Source: Nitrospirota bacterium
GTDB lineage: Bacteria; Nitrospirota; UBA9217
Direction: 5' to 3'
DNA: 64,000 nucleotides
NCBI GenBank assembly: GCA_963796285.1
Contig: CAWCKW010000003.1
Location: 32,001 to 96,000, forward strand
A model generated the notes under the pieces. It did not search any database. It had not been told where the DNA came from and saw nothing but the letters and a program-made list of their open reading frames with translations. How positions within the stretch are numbered: the first letter of the stretch is position 1; each line of letters starts with the position of its first letter. The translations under genes were made by a program, and so were the position numbers. Shown here one piece after another: positions 40,451 to 52,184 of the stretch.

Positions 40451-40969
40451 CTACGTCTTCTCCGCCAACGCCTTCTTGAACCGTCGCTTGAAGAGACTCT
40501 TTTTGAGCGGGCTTAATTTGTCCACGAACAACAGGCCGTTCAGATGGTCGATCTCGTGCTGGAGGGCCTTGGCCATGAGACCTTCGGTCTCGAGCTCGAA
40601 CTGCTTGCCCGTCCTGTCCTGCGCACGGACCTTGATCCATGCGGCACGCTTGACCTTTTCCGAATAATCCGGGATGCTGAGGCAGCCCTCTTCTTCAATG
40701 ACCGATCCCTCCATAGCGAGGATCTCGGGATTGATGATGACCAGGAGCGGGTGGCGCTGTTCCTCGTCTTCCCGTGTGCTCAGGTCGATCACCGCCAGCT
40801 GGAGCGGCACCCCCACCTGGTTGGCCGCAAGACCGACGCCGGGGGCCGCGTGCATGGTTTCCACCATGTCCTTGATCAGAAGGTCGAGGGAGCTGTCGAT
40901 TCGTTCGACGCGGGTGGTTTTTTTCCGGAGCACGGGGTCCGGATAGATACGAATTTCTCTGAGTGCCAT
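40451..40969 (-). CDS. def: Peptide deformylase
   Basis: GVGLAANQVG, EGCLS, QHEIDHLNG. Confidence 0.97.
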   Translation of the reverse strand: MALREIRIYPDPVLRKKTTRVERIDSSLDLLIKDMVETMHAAPGVGLAANQVGVPLQLAVIDLSTREDEEQRHPLLVIINPEILAMEGSVIEEEGCLSIPDYSEKVKRAAWIKVRAQDRTGKQFELETEGLMAKALQHEIDHLNGLLFVDKLSPLKKSLFKRRFKKALAEKT

Positions 40970-41029
40970 GGTTATTCATATGTAACATGATTTATTTCTA
41001 AAATCAAGGCATAAGATCAAGACGAGGTG

Positions 41030-41059
41030 TTGACACCCTGCCAAGCTTTGTGGTATTTT
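41030..41059 (+). promoter_or_regulatory. Sigma70 promoter, apparently leaderless
   Basis: TTGACA...TGgTATTTT ends 6 nt before ATG 41066. No SD sequence. Confidence 0.55.
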
Positions 41060-41065
41060 TAGCCC

Positions 41066-44000
41066 ATGGCAATCGACAAAAATACAATTTCAAAAGAGGC
41101 CCAGAAGTTCGTTGCCAAGGGCCAGTATGACAAGGCGATTGCCGAGTGGAAAAAGCTCCTCAAGGTAACTCCGGACGATCCCAATATATACAATACCATC
41201 GGCGACCTGTGTCTCAAGAAAAACGCCAAGGTCGGCGCGGTCGAGGCATATCACAAAGCGGCCGATCTTCTGGCCGCTGACGGGTTCACCTCCAAGGCCA
41301 TCGCCCTCTATAAAAAAGTACTCAATATCGATATCAATCAGATCGAAGTGCACCTCGCTCTCGGCGATATGAATGTTGAGAAGGGTCTCATCGGCAATGC
41401 CCTCGAGAATTACAAGCACGTCGCCGACCACTATACCCACAATAAAGAAACAGCCAAGGCCCTCACCATCTACCAGAAGATGGCGGACCTGAACGCCTCC
41501 AATGTCGCGTTCCGAATCAAGCTCGGCGATATGTACGCGAAAGAGGAGATGAACGAGGACGCGGCCAATGCCTATCTTGCAGCGGCGGACGTGCATGTAT
41601 CCAAGAATGCGTTCAAGGAAGCCCGGCAATTGTTCGAAAAGGTCCTTGCGCTGAACCCGGCCAGCAAAGAAGTGTATTACAAGGCCGGCATCGTTTACTT
41701 TAAGGAAGGCAAATTCTCTGAAGCCTGTAAGGCGTTCAAGCCGGCCTTTGAAGACGACCCGTCAAATAAAGAGCTTGCCAATGCGTATCTTGAGGCCCTG
41801 GACAAGGCAGGCAAGGATGTCGAGGCTGAACAGGTCATCCGCGGGCTCCTCGCTATGGACCCGGACGATGCCGCGTTTCGGGAAAAACTGTATCGCCTGT
41901 ATCTCGCAAAGAAAGACTATGACAAAGCAATAGTCGAGGCCGCGACGCTTGCTGACGGGAAGATCAAAAACGAGGATGCCGGCGGCGCAGAAGAAATATA
42001 CAAGGCCTTCGTGGCCGGCAGTCCGGACTTCCCCCCTGGCCGTCAAAAACTGGCCGAGTTCTATCTTTCCGTCAACCGTCCACAGGATGCGGCCACGGAA
42101 CTCATGCAGGCCGCCAAGTTGTTCATCAAAGAAGGAGACCTCCAAAGCGCCAGGACCGTTCTTACCCAGGTGATCGAGACAGCTCCAGGCCTGTCCGAGG
42201 CCAAGGAACGGCTCGAACAGCTGCAGACTCCCGTCACGGCTGAAACGCCCCAACCACTGGAGTTCATGACAACGGAAGAAGGACCGGAACCGACCACACC
42301 CTCCCCTTTTGTTAACGAACCCGAGCCAATACCGGTCCTTGAAGCGCCGACTCCCGCTCCTCCGGTCGAAGCTGCGCCTATTTCGGCGGACGAAGACCCT
42401 GCGATCGCCGAAGCGTTCATCGAAGCCGATGTGCTCATCAAATATGGCCTTGCCGCCAAGGCGATAGAGCAGCTCGAAGCGCTGACCAGCCAGTTCCCCG
42501 AAAGTCCTCGCATACGCACCAAGCTCCGCGATCTCTACCATGAGCAGGGTAACAGCGACAAAGCAGTGCGGCATGCCCTCCTCGCCGTCGCGCTCTATAC
42601 AAAATACGGCAGGGACGACCAGGCAAAAGCAGCGCTGCAGACAATTCGCGAACTGGCTCCCGATCATCCGGCGGTCCTTTCCAGGCTCGGAAGGATTGCC
42701 GTTGCACCGGAAGCGGAAGCGATCTTGGGCGAAGGACCCGCAGCAGGTCATCCGCCGGAGTTCACGCAGGACCATCTCGAAACTCCTCTCACTGAGCCCG
42801 AGAGTGCTCCGCCTTTTCCTGAAGAAATCGCCGAGGAGACCCTAGCTCCCCAGGAGGCGGCCCAGACAGGTGAAATCGAGTTTGAGGAACTCGGCAAGGT
42901 TCCCGATGCATCGGACGTGGAAGAGTCCATGGGCAAAGCACCCGAAGAAGACCTTCCGACGGGGATCATGCAGGACCATCTTGAAACACCTCTTGCTGGG
43001 CCCGAGATATCTCCGCCCTTACCTGAAGAAATCCCCGAGGAGACCGAAGCACCCCAGGAGGCGGCCCAGACAGGTGAAATCGAGTTTGAAGGACTTGATT
43101 CAGGGATACTACCTCCTCTGGAGGAGATATCGCCCGAAGAAACAGTCCCTGTTACCGAACCATTTGCGAAAGAATCGCAACCAGCTGAAGAAGAGCCTCC
43201 CTTTGCCGAACTGCCGGCAATGGACCTGCCGTCCGTTGAAGAAGAGCCTGCCGGCGAGCTGGAACAAGCCGCAGTCGCACCTGCGGATGAATTGGCCGTG
43301 CCCGGACCGCCCGCCGAGATTGATCTTGAAGAGTTATGGGCAGAAACCGAATTCTACTTCCAGCAGGGACTGTTCGACGAGGCAAAGAAACACTACACGC
43401 GGATCCTCGCACTGACCCCCGGCGACCAGCGGGCAATCGATCGGCTTTCCGAAATTTCTCGTGAAGAAAATGAAACGCGGGAATTTGCCGAACTCACCGA
43501 TGCTGTCGAAGGGCTGGAAGGCTATGTCCCGCCGAAAGCTGCCGAGGGAGCGCTGGCAGCAAGCGCATCTGATGAAGAAGCGGTCCGCTCTCTGATGCAA
43601 CAGATCCAGCAGCTTAAGCAGCAGCCTACTGCGCCTCCTCCGCAGGCTCCGGCCGATGCCGTCAGCAGTCCTTTAGAGCCTGCAAAAAAGACCGATGAGG
43701 AAGAGGTCCGCGCGCTCATGATGGAATTTCAGCAGCGCAAGCAGCGCATGAAGCAGCCGACAGCACCCCCCCAAAAAATCGTTGTGTCGCCTCCGCAGGC
43801 TCCTGCCGATGACATCGGCAGGCCTTTCGAGCCTGCAAAAAAAGCCGACGAGGAAGACTTCTTTGATTTGGGTGAAGAGCTCCAGCGGGAAACAGCTACC
43901 CCCGCTGCTCAGCAAGGTGGAAAAGCCTCCATAGCTTCCTCCGAAAAAGCCCCGCAAGAAGCTGCCGAGGACTTCTTTGATCTTGCCGCAGAACTCAGAG

Positions 44001-44611
44001 ACGAATTGAGCGCCATGCCGGTCCCCGTGCGGCCTGTTGCGCCCGCAGAGGAACAGAGCCTCGACGATATCTTCGAGGAATTCAAAAAGGGAGTAGAACA
44101 GCAATCGGCAAAGGAAGACGCTGATACCCATTATAATCTCGGCGTAGCCTATAAAGAGATGGGGCTGCTTGACGATGCCGTTGGGGAACTCATCATGACA
44201 ACCGAGGTGGAGCCCAAGTTCATCCAAAGCCGTTATATGCTCGGCCTGTGTTATATGGAAAAGGGAGAGTATCAAAACGCCATTTGCGAGATCCAGACTG
44301 CGTTGGATTACTCTGAGTCACTGGGGATCGACACCGAGAACAGGATCGCGATGCACTACGACCTCGGACTTGCATTTCAAGGCGCGGGAAATATCAACAA
44401 CGCTATAAACGAGTTTCAAGAGGTCGTGAACGAGAACCTGAAGTATCGGGACACTGCCGCCAAATTGAAAGAGCTCCGCAAGGGAGACTTCATTTCCCTC
44501 GAACAGCTCAAAGATGATATCGAGAAAGAAATATCCTCAAAATTCCTCGAAGAGGGTGAACGGATCGAACGCGAAGAAAAAACCAAGAAAAACGAGCGCG
44601 TGAGAAACTAA
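41066..44611 (+). CDS. Large TPR protein with an acidic Pro-rich linker (SgmX/FimV-like)
   Basis: Many N-terminal TPRs, EADVLIKYGL and ETEFYFQQGL motifs, C-terminal DTHYNLGVAYKEMGLLDDA TPRs. Confidence 0.8.
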   Translation: MAIDKNTISKEAQKFVAKGQYDKAIAEWKKLLKVTPDDPNIYNTIGDLCLKKNAKVGAVEAYHKAADLLAADGFTSKAIALYKKVLNIDINQIEVHLALGDMNVEKGLIGNALENYKHVADHYTHNKETAKALTIYQKMADLNASNVAFRIKLGDMYAKEEMNEDAANAYLAAADVHVSKNAFKEARQLFEKVLALNPASKEVYYKAGIVYFKEGKFSEACKAFKPAFEDDPSNKELANAYLEALDKAGKDVEAEQVIRGLLAMDPDDAAFREKLYRLYLAKKDYDKAIVEAATLADGKIKNEDAGGAEEIYKAFVAGSPDFPPGRQKLAEFYLSVNRPQDAATELMQAAKLFIKEGDLQSARTVLTQVIETAPGLSEAKERLEQLQTPVTAETPQPLEFMTTEEGPEPTTPSPFVNEPEPIPVLEAPTPAPPVEAAPISADEDPAIAEAFIEADVLIKYGLAAKAIEQLEALTSQFPESPRIRTKLRDLYHEQGNSDKAVRHALLAVALYTKYGRDDQAKAALQTIRELAPDHPAVLSRLGRIAVAPEAEAILGEGPAAGHPPEFTQDHLETPLTEPESAPPFPEEIAEETLAPQEAAQTGEIEFEELGKVPDASDVEESMGKAPEEDLPTGIMQDHLETPLAGPEISPPLPEEIPEETEAPQEAAQTGEIEFEGLDSGILPPLEEISPEETVPVTEPFAKESQPAEEEPPFAELPAMDLPSVEEEPAGELEQAAVAPADELAVPGPPAEIDLEELWAETEFYFQQGLFDEAKKHYTRILALTPGDQRAIDRLSEISREENETREFAELTDAVEGLEGYVPPKAAEGALAASASDEEAVRSLMQQIQQLKQQPTAPPPQAPADAVSSPLEPAKKTDEEEVRALMMEFQQRKQRMKQPTAPPQKIVVSPPQAPADDIGRPFEPAKKADEEDFFDLGEELQRETATPAAQQGGKASIASSEKAPQEAAEDFFDLAAELRDELSAMPVPVRPVAPAEEQSLDDIFEEFKKGVEQQSAKEDADTHYNLGVAYKEMGLLDDAVGELIMTTEVEPKFIQSRYMLGLCYMEKGEYQNAICEIQTALDYSESLGIDTENRIAMHYDLGLAFQGAGNINNAINEFQEVVNENLKYRDTAAKLKELRKGDFISLEQLKDDIEKEISSKFLEEGERIEREEKTKKNERVRN

Positions 44612-44703
44612 TATGCCTAATTATTAAGCTTCTGATCGTTTTTTGTGCAATACCCATCCTGCGTTAAAGATAACAACAAATTGAAATATAAGGTATTATG
44701 ATT

Positions 44704-44719
44704 TAGCATCAAAATTGCT
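44704..44719 (+). promoter_or_regulatory. Possible sigma54 promoter of glnBA
   Basis: TAGCATCAAAATTGCT has AG instead of the conserved GG. An NtrC-like half-site (TTGTGCA) lies at ~44643. Confidence 0.35.
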
Positions 44720-44729
44720 TATTATCTAG

Positions 44730-45089
<360 letters not shown>

Positions 45090-45170
45090 GACAGAATACA
45101 GAAGTCAGAAGACTGAAGTCAGACCGAAATGAAACGACTTCTGGATTCTGGCTCCTGACCACTGAATTCT
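45090..45170. repeat. Inverted heptamer-repeat cassette (CAGAAGT / TTCTGG)
   Basis: acagaatacagaagtcagaagactgaagtcaga...ttctggattctggctcctgaccactgaattct. Confidence 0.7.
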
Positions 45171-45194
45171 TGAGTTTAAATACAGGAGGAATCA

Positions 45195-46628
45195 ATGAAA
45201 CCCAAAGTTGAATCAATGAAACCCAAAGATGTTGTGATGATGGCAAAAGAGAACAAGGCAGCGATGGTCGACTTCAAATTCATGGACTTCCCGGGATTGT
45301 GGCAGCACTTTTCCGTGCCCGTGGACGAGCTGACCGAGGGCATCTTCGAAGAAGGCCTCGGATTTGATGGTTCAAGCATCCGCGGCTGGCAGTCCATTCA
45401 TACGAGCGATATGCTGGTCGTTCCTGATCCGGAGACCGCGGTGATGGACCCCTTCACCAAATATCCGACGCTCTCGCTCATCTGCAACATCGTTGACCCG
45501 ATCACCAAGGAGCGCTACTCCCGCGACCCGCGCTACATCGCGCAGAAGGCCGAGGCCTACCTCAAATCCACCGGCATCGGCGACACCTGCTACATGGGTC
45601 CTGAGCCGGAATTCTTCATCTTCGACGACATCCGCTTTGACCAGAACTCCCATGAGGGATACTACCACATCGACAGTTCGGAAGGCATCTGGAACAGCGG
45701 CCGCGTTGAAAATCCGAACCTGGGCTACAAACCGCGCCACAAGGAAGGTTACTTCCCTGTTCCTCCCATCGACAGCCAGGAGGACATCCGCTCCGAAATG
45801 GTGGCAGAGATGCAGAAGGTCGGCATCTACGTCGAGCGTCAGCACCATGAGGTCGCCACCGCGGGCCAGGCCGAGATCGACATCCGGTTCAGCAACCTTG
45901 TCAAGTGCGCCGACCAGGTCATGTTCTTCAAGTACATCATCAAGAACGTGGCGAAGCGGAACGGCAAGACCGTGACCTTCATGCCGAAGCCGCTGTTCGG
46001 AGATAACGGCTCGGGCATGCACACGCACCAGTCCATCTGGAAGGGCGGCAAGCCCCTCTTCTCCGGCGATAAGTACGCCGGCATGTCCCAGATGGCGCTC
46101 CACTACATCGGCGGCATCCTGAAGCACGCCAAGGTGATCGCCGCCTTCACCAACCCGACGATGAACTCCTACAAGCGTCTGACCCCGGGCTTCGAGGCGC
46201 CGGTGAACCTGGCCTACTCGAGCCGGAACCGCTCGGCCTCGGTCCGCATCCCCATGTACAGCGCGAACCCCAAGACAAAGAGGATCGAGGTCCGCTTCCC
46301 CGACCCGTCCTGCAATCCCTACATGGCCTTCGCCGCCATGCTGATGGCGGGCCTCGACGGCATCGAGAACAAGATCGATCCGGGCCAGCCGCTGGACAAG
46401 GACATCTACGATATGGCGCCCGAAGAACTGGCAAGCGTGCCGTCCATGCCGGGTTCGCTCGAAGAGGCGCTGGACAACCTTGAGGCCGACCACGGCTTCC
46501 TGTTGAAGGGTGACGTGTTCACCAAGGACGCCATCGAGATGCATATCAGCTACAAGAGGACCAAGGAAGTGGACGCCCTCCGTCTGCGGCCTCATCCGTA
46601 CGAGTTCTTCCTGTACTACGACATCTAA
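45195..46628 (+). CDS. glnA: Glutamine synthetase type I
   Basis: [45 protein letters not shown] adenylylation region. Confidence 0.98.
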   Translation: MKPKVESMKPKDVVMMAKENKAAMVDFKFMDFPGLWQHFSVPVDELTEGIFEEGLGFDGSSIRGWQSIHTSDMLVVPDPETAVMDPFTKYPTLSLICNIVDPITKERYSRDPRYIAQKAEAYLKSTGIGDTCYMGPEPEFFIFDDIRFDQNSHEGYYHIDSSEGIWNSGRVENPNLGYKPRHKEGYFPVPPIDSQEDIRSEMVAEMQKVGIYVERQHHEVATAGQAEIDIRFSNLVKCADQVMFFKYIIKNVAKRNGKTVTFMPKPLFGDNGSGMHTHQSIWKGGKPLFSGDKYAGMSQMALHYIGGILKHAKVIAAFTNPTMNSYKRLTPGFEAPVNLAYSSRNRSASVRIPMYSANPKTKRIEVRFPDPSCNPYMAFAAMLMAGLDGIENKIDPGQPLDKDIYDMAPEELASVPSMPGSLEEALDNLEADHGFLLKGDVFTKDAIEMHISYKRTKEVDALRLRPHPYEFFLYYDI

Positions 46629-46660
46629 TCCGCATCATCCGCAATCAGGTGAACATACCA

Positions 46661-46700
46661 GACCGGGACCCTCAACAAGGGGTTCCGGTTTTTTTTGTTT
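46661..46700 (+). terminator. Rho-independent terminator of glnA
   Basis: accgggaccct...ggggttccggt followed by a T run. Confidence 0.8.
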
Positions 46701-46885
46701 TCTCGCTACATCGTTCGAAGTCCTGCGAATAGAGCAGTATTCACTCTTCCACTTTATACCCCAGTCGTTTCTGACTATTCTGCAACATATCGTCTTTATT
46801 AAATTTTAATGCTTTTATGTTTCATCTTAGCAGCAATTTAATTAACGGTTATGCTATACATTTATCAGAAAGAAGGGGGTGACCG

Positions 46886-46966
46886 ATGGACATTATCTAT
46901 CTTGGGATCTGCATTGCGTTATTCATCGTCAGTTGGTTTTTCGTGAAACTCGTTGAACGAGTCTAG
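46886..46966 (+). CDS. 26-aa hydrophobic peptide upstream of kdpF
   Basis: MDIIYLGICIALFIVSWFFVKLVERV with a GGGGGTG RBS. Not in the ORF track. Confidence 0.7.
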   Translation: MDIIYLGICIALFIVSWFFVKLVERV

Positions 46967-46980
46967 GAAGGAGGCAAGGA

Positions 46981-47073
46981 ATGGAACTATTCTACTGGAT
47001 TGGCGGCATTCTCGCCGCGGCGCTGTTAGTGTATCTCTTGATAGCACTTCTTAAACCGGAGGCATTGTCATGA
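46981..47073 (+). CDS. kdpF: K+-transporting ATPase subunit F
   Basis: [44 protein letters not shown] overlap with kdpA. Confidence 0.9.
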   Translation: MELFYWIGGILAAALLVYLLIALLKPEALS

Positions 47074-48876
47074 CTGGCAACGATATTTTGCAGATATTTT
47101 TATTTTTTGGCGTTCTGTTGCTCCTCGCAAAACCGCTCGGAGTCTACATGGCGCGGGTTTACGAAGGACAGCCTTCGGGCCTGGACCGCGTGCTCGGGCC
47201 TGTTGAACGCCTGTTTTACCGGATTTGCGGCATCAAACCCGACGAGGAGATGAGCTGGAAGAAGTATGCCGGCGCGGTGCTTCTTTTCAGCGCGGCGGGA
47301 TTGTTCTTCCTCTATGCCTTGCAGCGCTTACAGGGTTTTCTGCCGCTGAACCCGCAAAAGTTCCCGGCAGTCTCCCCTGATTCTTCCTTTAATACGGCAA
47401 TAAGCTTTATCACGAATACCAACTGGCAGGGGTACGGCGGCGAAACAACGATGAGCTACCTCACGCCAGATGGTCGGGCTTGGGGTGCAGAATTTCGTGT
47501 CTGCCGCGGCAGGTATGGCTGTGCTCGTTGCCCTGATCCGGGGGTTTGCCAGGCACTCGGCAGAGACCATCGGCAACTTCTGGGTCGACCTCACCCGTTC
47601 AACACTTTACATCCTGATGCCGCTTGCTCTGGTTTATTCCATGCTGCTCGTATCTCAGGGAGTTGTGCAGACCTTCAGCGAATACAAGACCGTTGCGCTT
47701 ACCCAGACCATCACCTACGATAACCCGAAGCTCGATGCCCAGGGCAACCCAGTCAAGGATGAAAAGGGAAATCCGGTGACGGAAAAGGCGGAGATGAAGG
47801 AGCAGGTCATACCGCTCGGTCCGGCCGCATCGCAGATCGCGATCAAGCAGCTCGGCACGAACGGCGGCGGGTTCTTCAACGTCAACTCGGCCCATCCGTT
47901 AGAAAACCCAACCGCTTTCTCCAATTTTCTTGAAATGCTGGCGCTCATTCTCATACCTGCGGCGCTCTGTATCACCTTCGGCAGGATGGTCGGAGACAAG
48001 CGCCAGGGGTGGGCGCTGCTTACCGCCATGGTCGATCGTCCTCGTCACGCTGATGGCTTTATGCACCTGGAGCGAGCAGGGCGGCAATCCCGCGCTTCGC
48101 ATCCATCGGCATCGATCAACAGGCGAGCACTATGCAGCCCGGCGGCAATATGGAAGGAAAAGAAGCCCGCTTCGGGATCGTTGATTCCGCGATCTGGGCC
48201 ACGGCGACCACGGCAGCCTCGAACGGCTCGGTCAATTCCATGCACGACTCCTACACGCCCATGGGCGGCCTTTACCCGCTGGCACTGATCCAGTTGGGAG
48301 AGGTTATCTTCGGCGGAGTCGGCTCCGGGCTCTACGGCATGCTGATCATGGCCATTATCACGGTCTTCATCGCCGGACTCATGGTCGGGCGCACGCCGGA
48401 ATATCTCGGCAAGAAGATCGAGATGTTCGAGATGAAGATGGCCTCGGTCGCGGTGCTGGTCGTGAATGCGCTGGTCAAGATCGGCACGGCTGTCGGCGTT
48501 GCGACACCAGCGGGAGTCGCGGGAGTAGCGAACCCCGGTCCGCACGGATTTTCCGAGATACTTTACGCCTTTTCATCTGCAGCGAACAACAACGGCAGCG
48601 CCTTTGCGGGCCTCTCCGCCAACACGGTCTTCTATAACACGGCGCTCGGGCTGACCATGTTTATCGGAAGATTCTGGGTGATCATCCCGGTGCTTGCCAT
48701 TGCCGGCTCTCTCGCGAAGAAGAAACAGGTACCTGCCGGCTTGGGAACGCTGCCGACCCATACGCCTCTTGTTCGTGGCGCTTTTGATCGGGGTCATCGT
48801 GATCGTCGGAGCGTTGACGTTCATGCCGGCTTGGGCGCTTGGGCCAATTGCCGAACAGTTGATGGCAAGCAGATAA
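47070..48876 (+). CDS. kdpA: K+-transporting ATPase subunit A (four +1 frameshifts, ~47466, ~48034, ~48098, ~48768)
   Basis: [24 protein letters not shown] and NNGSAFAG are spread across consecutive frames. Confidence 0.9.
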
Positions 48877-48965
48877 ATAAAAACATTCACCACAGAGTAC
48901 GCAGAGTAAAAGCGGAATGATTTTTTAAAAAATAAATATAACCTCTGTGGTTAAAGGAGTTACCT

Positions 48966-51041
48966 ATGAGCAGTAAATCGAAAAAGCGATCGCTCTTTGA
49001 ACCAACGATCGTAAAAAAAGCATTATGGGATTCGTTCAGAAAATTGAACCCAGTACACCAGATCAAGAACCCTGTCATGTTCGTCGTGGAAATAGGGAGT
49101 ATTCTTACGACCCTCCTCTTCTTTCACGCAGTCCTGACGGGAAAAGGCGAAGCGTCGCCTTCCTTCATCCTGCAGATCTCCATCTGGCTCTGGATAACGG
49201 TGCTCTTCGCCAACTTCGCCGAATCCATGGCAGAGGGAAGGGGCAAGGCCCAGGCCGAATCCCTCCGCCAGACGCGGCGCGATGTCATGGCCAAGCGGCT
49301 TGCGAAGCCTGCGCCTGATGCGGAGGTCACGAAGGTCGCCTCGTCACTGCTCAAAAAGGGCGATGTCGTTCTCGTGGAAGCGGGCGACATCATCCCCATG
49401 GACGGCGAGATCATCGAGGGCGTGGCCTCGGTGAATGAAAGCGCCGTGACCGGCGAAAGCGCGCCCGTGATCCGCGAAAGCGGCGGAGACCGGAGCGCGG
49501 TCACGGGCGGTACTACCGTTTTATCCGACTGGCTCGTGGTGCGGATCACGACAAGTCCGGGAGAGACGTTCCTCGACCGGATGATCAGCATGGTGGAAGG
49601 CGCAAAGCGCCAAAAAACACCGAACGAGATCGCCCTTGATATTCTGCTCGCGGGCATGACGATCATCTTCCTGCTTGTGTGCGTGACATTGCTCCCCTAC
49701 TCGCTCTTCAGCGTCAAAGCAGCGGGTCAGGGCGCGCCGGTCACCATCACGGTGCTCGTAGCGCTCCTCGTATGCCTCATCCCGACCACCATCGGCGGGC
49801 TGCTTTCGGCTATCGGCATTGCGGGTATGGACCGGATGATCCAGGCGAATGTGATCGCCATGTCCGGACGGGCCGTGGAAGCAGCCGGAGACGTTGACGT
49901 GCTGCTGCTCGATAAGACCGGGACCATTACGCTCGGTAACCGGCAGGCCACGGAATTCGTTCCAGCGCCGGGTGTACATGTGGGCGCACTTGCCGACGCA
50001 GCGCAGCTCGCCTCGCTGGCCGATGAAACGCCGGAGGGGCGGAGTATCGTGGTCCTTGCAAAAGAAAAGTACAGCCTTCGAGCCCGAGACATGCAAAGCA
50101 TCAAGGCGGAGTTTGTCAATTTCACCGCCCAGACGCGGATGAGCGGGGTAAACCTCCAGAACCGGGAAATCCGCAAAGGCGCGGCGGACGCGGTTGAAAA
50201 GTACGTTCAAAAAATGGGCGGCATGTTTCCTCCCGAGGTCCGATCCATCGTTGACGACATTGCCAAACAAGGCGCAACCCCACTCGTGGTTACCGAGGGG
50301 AGCAAAGTGCTCGGCGTCATCCGGTTGAACGACATCGTGAAGGGTGGTATTAAAGAGCGCTTCGCTGAAATGCGCAAGATGGGGATCAGGACGGTCATGA
50401 TAACTGGCGACAATCCGCTTACAGCGGCCGCGGTCGCGGCCGAGGCAGGAGTTGATGACTTCCTTGCAGAAGCGACGCCCGAGGCAAAGCTCAAGCTCAT
50501 CCGCGAGTACCAGAAAGGCGGCAGGCTCGTTGCCATGACCGGCGACGGCACGAACGACGCGCCCGCGCTCGCCCAGGCGGACGTGGCCGTGGCCATGCAC
50601 AGCGGGACCCAGGCGGCAAAGGAGGCGGGCAACCTGGTTGACCTCGATTCGAACCCGACCAAACTCATACAGATCGTCGAGATCGGGAAGCAGCTCTTGA
50701 TGACCCGCGGCACGCTCACGACCTTCAGCATCGCGAACGATGTGGCGAAATATTTCGCCATTCTGCCTGCTGCATTCCTTTCCATCTATCCGGCGCTTGG
50801 AGCGCTGAATATCATGGGCCTTGCAACGCCGCAGAGCGCTGTGTTGTCTGCCGTGATCTTTAATGCCTTGATCATCATCTTCCTCGTGCCACTGGCGCTG
50901 CGCGGCGTGAAGTACCGCCCTCTCGGCGCCTCGATAGTCTTACGAAACAACGCTTTGATTTACGGCGTCGGCGGCTTGATCGTACCGTTCATCGGCATTA
51001 AGCTGATCGACATGCTCATAACGGCGATACATATTGTTTGA
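48966..51041 (+). CDS. kdpB: K+-transporting ATPase subunit B
   Basis: [33 protein letters not shown]. Confidence 0.98.
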   Translation: MSSKSKKRSLFEPTIVKKALWDSFRKLNPVHQIKNPVMFVVEIGSILTTLLFFHAVLTGKGEASPSFILQISIWLWITVLFANFAESMAEGRGKAQAESLRQTRRDVMAKRLAKPAPDAEVTKVASSLLKKGDVVLVEAGDIIPMDGEIIEGVASVNESAVTGESAPVIRESGGDRSAVTGGTTVLSDWLVVRITTSPGETFLDRMISMVEGAKRQKTPNEIALDILLAGMTIIFLLVCVTLLPYSLFSVKAAGQGAPVTITVLVALLVCLIPTTIGGLLSAIGIAGMDRMIQANVIAMSGRAVEAAGDVDVLLLDKTGTITLGNRQATEFVPAPGVHVGALADAAQLASLADETPEGRSIVVLAKEKYSLRARDMQSIKAEFVNFTAQTRMSGVNLQNREIRKGAADAVEKYVQKMGGMFPPEVRSIVDDIAKQGATPLVVTEGSKVLGVIRLNDIVKGGIKERFAEMRKMGIRTVMITGDNPLTAAAVAAEAGVDDFLAEATPEAKLKLIREYQKGGRLVAMTGDGTNDAPALAQADVAVAMHSGTQAAKEAGNLVDLDSNPTKLIQIVEIGKQLLMTRGTLTTFSIANDVAKYFAILPAAFLSIYPALGALNIMGLATPQSAVLSAVIFNALIIIFLVPLALRGVKYRPLGASIVLRNNALIYGVGGLIVPFIGIKLIDMLITAIHIV

Positions 51042-51051
51042 TATGACCTTG

Positions 51052-51134
51052 CCCCTCACCTCAATCCTCTCCCCAATAGGGAGAGGAAGTAAAAAGTCCC
51101 CTCGCCCCTCAGGGGAGAGGGCCAGGGTGAGGGG
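51052..51134. repeat. REP-like palindromic element (CCCTCACC..CCTCTCCC..GGGAGAGG type)
   Basis: cccctcacctcaatcctctccccaatagggagagg...cccctcgcccctcaggggagagggccagggtgagggg. Confidence 0.75.
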
Positions 51135-51160
51135 TGGTCTCGTACTGAAAGGAGAAACCA

Positions 51161-51733
51161 ATGTTCACCATGATTCGTAACTCGCTCATGTCCCTATTAC
51201 TGTTCACGGTAATCACGGGGCTCATTTATCCCCTGGCCGTAACCGGGCTAGCGCAAGCGATTTTCCCAAGTCAGGCAAACGGCAGCGTCATCACGAAGAA
51301 CGGCAAAGCCGTTGGCTCTTCGCTTCTCGGCCAGCAGTTCGAGGACCCGAAGTACTTCTGGGGAAGGCTCTCGGCAACGGGTCCTTATCCGTACAACGGC
51401 GCCGCTTCGTCAGGCTCCAACCTCGGCCAGAACAATCCAGCTCTCATGACGAATGTTGAAGGGCGCATCAAAGCCCTGCATGAGGCGGAACCTGGAAATA
51501 CTGCGAAGATTCCCGTGGATCTGGTCACGGCCTCGGGCAGCGGTCTCGACCCGCACATCAGTCAGGCTGCTGCTGACTATCAGTTGCACCGAGTGGCAAA
51601 GGCCCGGGGACTCGATGATGCCAAAATCCGAGACATCGTTGCCAATAATACGAAGGGACGCTGGATTGGCCTGATCGGTGAACCGGTGGTCAATGTTCTT
51701 GAGCTGAACCTGGCGCTCGATGGACTGAAGTAA
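51161..51733 (+). CDS. kdpC: K+-transporting ATPase subunit C
   Basis: YPLAVTG, QANGS, SSGSNLG, VTASGSGLDPHIS, VNVLELNLALD. Confidence 0.97.
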   Translation: MFTMIRNSLMSLLLFTVITGLIYPLAVTGLAQAIFPSQANGSVITKNGKAVGSSLLGQQFEDPKYFWGRLSATGPYPYNGAASSGSNLGQNNPALMTNVEGRIKALHEAEPGNTAKIPVDLVTASGSGLDPHISQAAADYQLHRVAKARGLDDAKIRDIVANNTKGRWIGLIGEPVVNVLELNLALDGLK

Positions 51734-51751
51734 TTGTGGAGGATACATACA

Positions 51752-52141
51752 ATGAAAAAGATTGCAGAGCTTCTTGCAGTTCTTCTTATATTATGCGCGG
51801 GGCTGCCTCAGCTTGTAAACGCCGTTTCCTGGTCCCCCATCGAGGAAGAACGTCAAGAGAAAGTTGACAAGGGGATCATGGTGAAGGGCATGGCCGTATG
51901 CCTCTTCCAGAGCGGGACTGCGGACGTAAAGAAGGCGATCAGCATAGGTGACATTCTCGTCGTGTACGCGGAAAGCCCAAAACACGCGCTCAAGGAAGTC
52001 GGGAAAATAAAAATTCTTTCCTATTCAGGAGAAGATTACCTGAAAGGCGAGGTTGTCGAAGGCGAAATTAAACCCGGCGACATCGCAAAAAAAGGAGAGG
52101 TCGCAAGCCTCGTCATATCGCCGGGTGATAAGTGTAAATAA
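51752..52141 (+). CDS. Secreted hypothetical protein in the kdp operon
   Basis: Signal peptide, GGAGG RBS, beta-rich mature region. Confidence 0.65.
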   Translation: MKKIAELLAVLLILCAGLPQLVNAVSWSPIEEERQEKVDKGIMVKGMAVCLFQSGTADVKKAISIGDILVVYAESPKHALKEVGKIKILSYSGEDYLKGEVVEGEIKPGDIAKKGEVASLVISPGDKCK

Positions 52142-52184
52142 CCTGCACAACAACCAGCTGTTAACTTTAACACAGGAGGATCAA

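Noticed and set aside
47070-48876. Programmed ribosomal frameshifting in kdpA, proC or fmt
   Set aside because: There are no slippery-site or stimulator patterns, and uniform +1 insertions are better explained by sequencing error.
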